Shown here: piece by piece, positions 55,801 through 64,000 of the stretch
Layout of the letters: each line of letters starts with the position of its first letter
Numbering within the stretch: position 1 is the first letter of the stretch
Assembly: GCA_964016885.1 (NCBI GenBank)
Contig: OZ024759.1
Coordinates: 5,642,001 to 5,706,000 of the forward strand
Reading direction: 5' to 3'
DNA: 64,000 nucleotides
From: Eledone cirrhosa
Taxonomy: Eukaryota
The notes under the pieces: model-generated
What the model was told of the DNA's origin: nothing
What the model saw: the letters and a program-made list of their open reading frames with translations, nothing else
The model's database searches: none
Translations under genes and position numbers: made by a program

Positions 55801-58800
55801 CTGTTGGTGAGAATTCATTTAAGTTCATGGTACTAGCTGTCAGAAGTAACTCCACTGTTGGTGAGAATTCATTTACGTTCATGGTATTAGCTGTCAGAAG
55901 GAACTCCACTGTTGGTGAGAATTCATTTAAGTTCATGGTATTAGCTGTCAGAAGTAACTCCACTGTTGGTGAGAATTCATTTAAGTTCATGGTACTAGCT
56001 GTCAGAAGTAACTCCAATGTTGGTGAGAATTCATTTAAGTTCATGGTATTAGCTGTCAGAAGTAACTCCACGGTTGGTGAGAATTCATTTAAGTTCATGG
56101 TACTAGCTGTCAGAAGTAACTCCACAGTTGGTGAGAATTCATTTAAGTTCATGGTATTAGTTTGTCAGAAGTAACTCCACTGTTGGTGAGAATTCATTTA
56201 AGTCATGGTATTAGTTGTCAGAAGTAACTCCAATGTTGGTGAGAATTCATTTAAGTTCATGGTATTAGCTGTCAGAAGTAACTCCACTGTTGGTGAGAAT
56301 TCATTTAAGTTCATGGTATTAGCTGTCAGAAGGAACTCCAATGTTGGTGAGAATTCATTTAAGTCATGGTACTAGCTGTCAGAAGTAACTCCACTGTTGG
56401 TGAGAATTCATTTAAGTTCATGGTATTAGCTGTCAGAAGGAACGCCACTGTTGGTGAGAATTCATTTAAGTTCATGGTATTAGCTGTCAGAAGTAACTCC
56501 ACTGTTGGTGAGAATTCATTTAAGTTTATGGTACTAGCTGTCAGAAGTAACTCCAATGTTGGTGAGAATTCATTTAAGTTCATGGTATTAGCTGTCAGAA
56601 GTAACTCCACTGTTGGTTAGAATTCATTTAAGTCATGGTATTAGATGTCAGAAGGAACTCCAATGTTGCTGAGAATTCATTTAAGTTCATGGTATTAGCT
56701 GTCAGAAGTAACTCCACTGTTGGTGAGAATTCATTTAAGTTCATGGTATTAGCTGTCAGAAGTAACTCCACTGTTGGTGAGAATTCATTTAAGTTCATGG
56801 TACTAGCTGTCAGAAGTAACTACACAGTTGGTGAGAATTCATTTAAGTTCTTGGTATTAGCTGTCAGAAGTAACTCCAATGTTGGTGAGAATTCATTTAA
56901 GTTCATGGTATTAGCTGTCAGAAGTAACTCCACTGTTGGTGAGAATTCATTTAAGTTCATGGTATTAGCTGTCAGAAGGAACGCCACTGTTGGTGAGAAT
57001 TCATTTAAGTTCATGGTATTAGCTGTCAGAAGTAACTCCACTGTTGGTGAGAATTCATTTAAGTTCATTGTACTAGCTGTCAGAAGTAACTCCACTGTTG
57101 GTGAGAATTCATTTAAGTTCATGGTATTAGCTGTCAGAAGGAACTCCACTGTTGGTGAGAATTCATTTAAGTTCATGGTACTAGCTGTCAGAAGTAACTC
57201 CAATGTTGGTGAGAATTCATTTAAGTTCATGGTATTAGCTGTCAGAAGTAACTCCACTGTTGGTGAGAATTCATTTAAGTCATGGTATTAGATGTCAGAA
57301 GTAACTCCAATGTTGCTGAGAATTCATTTAAGTTCATGGTATTAGCTGTCAGAAGTAACTCCACTGTTGGTGAGAATTCATTTAAGTTCATGGTACTAGC
57401 TGTCAGAAGTAACTACACTGTTGGTGAGAATTCATTTAAGTTCATGGTATTAGCTGTCAGAAGTAACTCCAATGTTGGTGAGAATTCATTTAAGTTCATT
57501 GTATTAGCTGTCAGAAGTAACTCCACTGTTGGTGAGAATTCATTTAAGTTCATGGTACTAGCTGTCAGAAGTAACTCCAATGTTGGTGAGAATTCATTTA
57601 AGTTCATGGTATTAGCTGTCAGAAGGAACTCCACTGTTGGTGAGAATTCATTTAAGTTCATGGTATTAGCTGTCAGAAGTAACTCCACTGTTGGTGAGAA
57701 TTCATTTAAGTTCATGGTACTAGCTGTCAGAAGTAACTCCAATGTTGGTGAGAATTCATTTAAGTTCATGGTATTAGCTGTCAGAAGTAACTCCACTGTT
57801 GGTGAGAATTCATTTAAGTCATGGTATTAGATGTCAGAAGTAACTCCAATGTTGCTGAGAATTCATTTAAGTTCATGGTATTAGCTGTCAGAAGTAACTC
57901 CACTGTTGGTGAGAATTCATTTAAGTTCATGGTATTAGCTGTCAGAAGTAACTCCACTGTTGGTGAGAATTCATTTAAGTTCATGGTACTAGCTGTCAGA
58001 AGTAACTACACTGTTGGTGAGAATTCATTTAAGTTCATGGTATTAGCTGTCAGAAGTAACTCCAATGTTGGTGAGAATTCATTTAAGTTCATGGTATTAG
58101 CTGTCAGAAGTAACTCCACTGTTGGTGAGAATTCATTTAAGTTCATGGTATTAGCTGTCAGAAGGAACGCCACTGTTGGTGAGAATTCATTTAAGTTCAT
58201 GGTATTAGCTGTCAGAAGTAACTCCACTGTTGGTGAGAATTCATTTAAGTTCATGGTACTATCTGTCAGAAGTAACTCCACTGTTGGTGAGAATTCATTT
58301 AAGTTCATGGTATTAGCTGTCAGAAGGAACTCCACTGTTGGTGAGAATTCATTTAAGTTCATGGTATTAGCTGTCAGAAGTAACTCCACTGTTGGTGAGA
58401 ATTCATTTAAGTTCATGGTACTAGCTGTCAGAAGTAACTCCAATGTTGGTGAGAATTCATTTAAGTTCATGGTATTAGCTGTCAGAAGTAACTCCACTGT
58501 TGGTGAGAATTCATTTAAGTCATGGTATTAGCCGACAGAAGTAACTCCAATGTTGGTGAGAATTCATTTAAGTTCATGGTATTAGCTGTCAGAAGTAACT
58601 CCACTGTTGGTGAGAATTCATTTAAGTTCATGGTATTAGCTGTCAGAAGTAACTCCACTGTTGGTGAGTATTCATTTAAGTTCATGGTACTAGCTGTCAG
58701 AAGGAACTCCACTGTTGGTGAGAATTCATTTAAGTTCATGGTATTAGCTGTCAGAAGTAACTCCACTGTTGGTGAGAATTCATTTAAGTCATGGTATTAG

Positions 58801-58849
58801 CCGTCAGAAGTAACTCCAATGTTGGTGAGAATTCATTTAAGTTCATGGT

Positions 58850-61800
58850 ATTAGCTGTCAGAAGTAACTCCACTGTTGGTGAGAATTCATTTAAGTTCAT
58901 GGTATTAGCTGTCAGAAGGAACTCCAATGTTGGTGAGAATTCATTTAAGTCATGCTACTAGCTGTCAGAAGTAACTCCACTGTTGGTGAGAATTCATTTA
59001 AGTTCATGGTATTAGCTGTCAGAAGGAACGCCACTGTTGGTGAGAATTCATTTAAGTTCATGGTATTAGCTGTCAGAAGTAACTCCACTGTTGGTGAGAA
59101 TTCATTTAAGTTCATGGTACTAGCTGTCAGAAGTAACTCCAATGTTGGTGAGAATTCATTTAAGTTCATGGTATTAGCTGTCAGAAGGAACTCCACTGTT
59201 GGTGAGAATTCATTTAAGTTCATGGTATTAGCTGTCAGAAGTAACTCCAATGTTGGTGAGAATTCATTTAAGTTCATGGTATTAGCTGTCAGAAGTAACT
59301 CCAATGTTGGTGAGAATTCATTTAAGTTCATGGTATTAGCTGTCAGAAGTAACTCCACTGTTGGTGAGAATTCATTTAAGTTCATGGTATTAGCTGTCAG
59401 AAGGAACGCCACTGTTGGTGAGAATTCATTTAAGTTCATGGTATTAGCTGTCAGAAGTAACTCCACTGTTGGTGAGAATTCATTTAAGTTCATGGTACTA
59501 GCTGTCAGAAGTAACTCCACTGTTGGTGAGAATTCATTTAAGTTCATGGTATTAGCTGTCAGAAGGAACTCCACTGTTGGTGAGAATTCATTTAAGTTCA
59601 TGGTATTAGCTGTCAGAAGTAACTCCACTGTTGGTGAGAATTCATTTAAGTTCATGGTACTAGCTGTCAGAAGTAACTCCAATGTTGGTGAGAATTCATT
59701 TAAGTTCATGGTATTAGCTGTCAGAAGTAACTCCACTGTTGGTGAGAATTCATTTAATTCATGGTATTAGGCGTCAGAAGTAACTCCAATGTTGGTGAGA
59801 ATTCATTTAAGTTCATGGTATTAGCTGTCAGAAGTAACTCCACTATTGGTGAGAATTCATTTAAGTTCATGGTATTAGCTGTCAGAAGTAACTCCACTGT
59901 TGGTGAGAATTCATTTAAGTTCATGGTACTAGCTGTCAGAAGTAACTCCACAGTTGGTGAGAATTCATTTAAGTTCATGGTATTAGTTTGTCAGAAGTAA
60001 CTCCACTGTTGGTGAGAATTCATTTAAGTCATGGTATTAGTTGTCAGAAGTAACTCCAATGTTGGTGAGAATTCATTTAAGTTCATGGTATTAGCTGTCA
60101 GAAGTAACTCCACTGTTGGTGAGAATTCATTTAAGTCATGGTACTAGCTGTCAGAAGTAACTCCACTGTTGGTGAGAATTCATTTAAGTTCATGGTATTA
60201 GCTGTCAGAAGGAACGCCACTGTTGGTGAGAATTCATTTAAGTTCATGGTATTAGCTGTCAGAAGTAACTCCACTGTTGGTGAGAATTCATTTAAGTTCA
60301 TGGTACTAGCTGTCAGAAGTAACTCCAATGTTGGTGAGAATTCATTTAAGTTCATGGTATTAGCTGTCATAAGGAACTCCACTGTTGGTGAGAATTCATT
60401 TAAGTTCATGGTATTAGCTGTCAGAAGTAACTCCACTGTTGGTGAGAATTCATTTAAGTTCATGGTACTAGCTGTCAGAAGTAACTCCAATGTTGGTGAG
60501 AATTCATTTAAGTTAATGGTATTAGCTGTCAGAAGTAACTCCACTGTTGGTTAGAATTCATTTAAGTCATGGTATTAGATGTCAGAAGTAACTCCAATGT
60601 TGCTGAGAATTCATTTAAGTTCATGGTATTAGCTGTCAGAAGTAACTCCACTGTTGGTGAGAATTCATTTAAGTTCATGGTATTAGCTGTCAGAAGTAAC
60701 TCCACTGTTGATGAGAATTCATTTAAGTTCATGGTACTAGCTGTCAGAAGTAACTACACTGTTGGTGAGAATTCATTTAAGTTCATGGTATTAGCTGTCA
60801 GAAGTAACTCCAATGTTGGTGAGAATTCATTTAAGTTCATGGTATTAGCTGTCAGAAGTAACTCCACTGTTGGTGAGAATTCATTTAAGTTCATGGTATT
60901 AGCTGTCAGAAGGAACGCCACTGTTGGTGAGAATTCATTTAAGTTCATGGTATTAGCTGTCAGAAGTAACTCCACTGTTGGTGAGAATTCATTTAAGTTC
61001 ATGGTACTAGCTGTCAGAAGTAACTCCACTGTTGGTGAGAATTCATTTAAGTTCATGGTATTAGCTGTCAGAAGGAACTCCACTGTTGGTGAGAATTCAT
61101 TTAAGTTCATGGTATTAGCTGTCAGAAGTAACTCCACTGTTGGTGAGAATTCATTTAAGTTCATGGTACTAGCTGTCAGAAGTAACTCCAATGTTGGTGA
61201 GAATTCATTTAAGTTCATGGTATTAGCTGTCAGAAGTAACTCCACTGTTGGTGAGAATTCATTTAAGTCATGGTATTAGCCGTCAGAAGTAACTCCAATG
61301 TTGGTGAGAATTCATTTAAGTTCATGGTATTAGCTGTCAGAAGTAACTCCACTGTTGGTGAGAATTCATTTAAGTTCATGGTATTAGCTGTCAGAAGTAA
61401 CTCCACTGTTGGTGAGAATTCATTTAAGTTCATGGTACTAGCTGTCAGAAGTAACTCCACTGTTGGTGAGAATTCATTTAAGTTCATGATATTAGTTTGT
61501 CAGAAGTAACTCCACTGTTGGTGAGAATTCATTTAAGTCATGGTATTAGTTGTCAGAAGTAACTCCAATGTTGGTGAGAATTCATTTAAGTTCATGGTAT
61601 TAGCTGTCAGAAGTAACTCCACTGTTGGTGAGAATTCATTTAAGTTCATGGTATTAGCTGTCAGAAGGAACTCCAATGTTGGTGAGAATTCATTTAAGTC
61701 ATGCTACTAGCTGTCAGAAGTAACTCCACTGTTGGTGAGAATTCATTTAAGTTCATGGTATTAGCTGTCAGAAGGAACGCCACTGTTGGTGAGAATTCAT

Positions 61801-64000
61801 TTAAGTTCATGGTATTAGCTGTCAGAAGTAACTCCACTGTTGGTGAGAATTCATTTAAGTTCATGGTACTAGCTGTCAGAAGTAACTCCAATGTTGGTGA
61901 GAATTCATTTAAGTTCATGGTATTAGCTGTCAGAAGGAACTCCACTGTTGGTGAGAATTCATTTAAGTTCATGGTATTAGCTGTCAGAAGTAACTCCAAT
62001 GTTGGTGAGAATTCATTTAAGTTCATGGTATTAGCTGTCAGAAGTAACTCCAATGTTGGTGAGAATTCATTTAAGTTCATGGTATTAGCTGTCAGAAGTA
62101 ACTCCACTGTTGGTGAGAATTCATTTAAGTTCATGGTATTAGCTGTCAGAAGGAACGCCACTGTTGGTGAGAATTCATTTAAGTTCATGGTATTAGCTGT
62201 CAGAAGTAACTCCACTGTTGGTGAGAATTCATTTAAGTTCATGGTACTAGCTGTCAGAAGTAACTCCACTGTTGGTGAGAATTCATTTAAGTTCATGGTA
62301 TTAGCTGTCAGAAGGAACTCCACTGTTGGTGAGAATTCATTTAAGTTCATGGTATTAGCTGTCAGAAGTAACTCCACTGTTGGTGAGAATTCATTTAAGT
62401 TCATGGTACTAGCTGTCAGAAGTAACTCCAATGTTGGTGAGAATTCATTTAAGTTCATGGTATTAGCTGTCAGAAGTAACTCCACTGTTGGTGAGAATTC
62501 ATTTAATTCATGGTATTAGGCGTCAGAAGTAACTCCAATGTTGGTGAGAATTCATTTAAGTTCATGGTATTAGCTGTCAGAAGTAACTCCACTATTGGTG
62601 AGAATTCATTTAAGTTCATGGTATTAGCTGTCAGAAGTAACTCCACTGTTGGTGAGAATTCATTTAAGTTCATGGTACTAGCTGTCAGAAGTAACTCCAC
62701 AGTTGGTGAGAATTCATTTAAGTTCATGGTATTAGTTTGTCAGAAGTAACTCCACTGTTGGTGAGAATTCATTTAAGTCATGGTATTAGTTGTCAGAAGT
62801 AACTCCAATGTTGGTGAGAATTCATTTAAGTTCATGGTATTAGCTGTCAAACGTAACTCCACTGTTGGTGAGAATTCATTTAAGTCATGGTACTAGCTGT
62901 CAGAAGTAACTCCACTGTTGGTGAGAATTCATTTAAGTTCATGGTATTAGCTGTCAGAAGGAACGCCACTGTTGGTGAGAATTCATTTAAGTTCATGGTA
63001 TTAGCTGTCAGAAGTAACTCCACTGTTGGTGAGAATTCATTTAAGTTCATGGTACTAGCTGTCAGAAGTAACTCCAATGTTGGTGAGAATTCATTTAAGT
63101 TCATGGTATTAGCTGTCATAAGGAACTCCACTGTTGGTGAGAATTCATTTAAGTTCATGGTATTAGCTGTCAGAAGTAACTCCACTGTTGGTGAGAATTC
63201 ATTTAAGTTCATGGTACTAGCTGTCAGAAGTAACTCCAATGTTGGTGAGAATTCATTTAAGTTAATGGTATTAGCTGTCAGAAGTAACTCCACTGTTGGT
63301 TAGAATTCATTTAAGTCATGGTATTAGATGTCAGAAGTAACTCCAATGTTGCTGAGAATTCATTTAAGTTCATGGTATTAGCTGTCAGAAGTAACTCCAC
63401 TGTTGGTGAGAATTCATTTAAGTTCATGGTATTAGCTGTCAGAAGTAACTCCACTGTTGATGAGAATTCATTTAAGTTCATGGTACTAGCTGTCAGAAGT
63501 AACTACACTGTTGGTGAGAATTCATTTAAGTTCATGGTATTAGCTGTCAGAAGTAACTCCAATGTTGGTGAGAATTCATTTAAGTTCATGGTATTAGCTG
63601 TCAGAAGTAACTCCACTGTTGGTGAGAATTCATTTACGTTCATGGTATTAGCTGTCAGAAGGAACGCCACTGTTGGTGAGAATTCATTTAAGTTCATGGT
63701 ATTAGCTGTCAGAAGTAACTCCACTGTTGGTGAGAATTCATTTAAGTTCATGGTACTAGCTGTCAGAAGTAACTCCACTGTTGGTGAGAATTCATTTAAG
63801 TTCATGGTATTAGCTGTCAGAAGGAACTCCACTGTTGGTGAGAATTCATTTAAGTTCATGGTATTAGCTGTCAGAAGTAACTCCACTGTTGGTGAGAATT
63901 CATTTAAGTTCATGGTACTAGCTGTCAGAAGTAACTCCAATGTTGGTGAGAATTCATTTAAGTTCATGGTATTAGCTGTCAGAAGTAACTCCACTGTTGG
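58850..64000 (+). repeat. Recent tandem duplication, 2749-bp period (51 monomers), second copy runs off the window end
   Basis: Blocks match at 58952/61701, 59761/62510, 60138/62887 and 60569/63318. Variants ATGCTAC, TTTAATTCATGG+TAGGCGTC, ACTATTGG, GTCATAAGG, AGTTAATGG and GTTGATG are each repeated at +2749. Confidence 0.93.

Larger units (their letters stand above)
1..64000 (+). repeat. 54-bp tandem satellite DNA array (EcoRI-site monomer), ~1,190 head-to-tail copies, extending beyond both window ends
   Basis: Consensus ATGGTATTAGCTGTCAGAAGTAACTCCACTGTTGGTGAGAATTCATTTAAGTTC recurs continuously from base 1 to 64000. Most copies differ by 0-3 changes at a few recurrent sites (GTATTA/GTACTA, AGT/AGG, ACT/AAT, TCC/GCC/TAC, AAGTTC/AAGTC). 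The ORF track gives the same 18-aa unit throughout with no orientation switch. Confidence 0.99.

Noticed and set aside
87-63303. Plus-strand ORFs encoding (MVLAVRSNSTVGENSFKF)n, up to 290 aa, as a repetitive protein or multi-core peptide precursor
   Set aside because: The unit is a multiple of 3 and one frame lacks stops, which is unremarkable for 18 codons. Frameshifting deletions occur every few monomers, nonsense variants (GGT TAG) are amplified, most common variants are non-synonymous, and there is no unique N- or C-terminus or neighbouring processing gene.
80-63994. Minus-strand ORFs encoding (MNLNEFSPTVELLLTANT)n
   Set aside because: This is the same artefact on the other strand, truncated by the TAC variant (TAG stop) and by indels. 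There is no evidence of coding constraint.
1-64000. CRISPR array or repeat-spacer system
   Set aside because: There are no unique spacers: the entire 54 bp is conserved between units, and no cas or other genes are present.
1-64000. CENP-B box or telomeric repeat
   Set aside because: Only a GTTGG fragment resembles the CENP-B box; the required TTCG and CGGG elements are absent. No TTAGGG-type tandem motif is present.
1-64000. Synthetic concatemer or rolling-circle/sequencing artefact suggested by one EcoRI site per unit
   Set aside because: Hierarchically shared variants and nested kb-scale duplications indicate natural evolution, and several monomers have lost the site (~1044, 2443, 44230, 46760, 48378, 53334, 58669). 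Local misassembly of individual copies remains possible.
1-64000. Monomer variant order as an information-bearing code or recombination-cassette library
   Set aside because: The order is adequately explained by duplication history. No recombinase, expression site or other machinery is visible in the window.

Overview
The whole 64 kb window is one uninterrupted head-to-tail satellite DNA array of roughly 1,190 copies of a 54-bp monomer (consensus ATGGTATTAGCTGTCAGAAGTAACTCCACTGTTGGTGAGAATTCATTTAAGTTC; 20/54 = 37% GC; one EcoRI site; no CpG). All monomers lie in the same orientation. I see no genes, RNA genes, transposons, CRISPR spacers or unique sequence. The ORFs in the track are translation artefacts of a 54-bp (18-codon) unit and are broken every few monomers by a recurrent 1-bp deletion. 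The informative signal is in the monomer variants, which show (i) a latent 3-monomer (162 bp) periodicity, (ii) small reusable modules of 4-8 monomers, (iii) nested local tandem duplications of 0.7-7.7 kb forming successive higher-order-repeat domains with private marker mutations, and (iv) a very homogeneous block at about 3-38 kb between more mutated zones. This architecture resembles eukaryotic centromeric/pericentromeric or other heterochromatic satellite. I do not recognise the family or organism, and function cannot be established from sequence alone. All periods were derived by hand from marker and ORF-track coordinates, so block boundaries are approximate.
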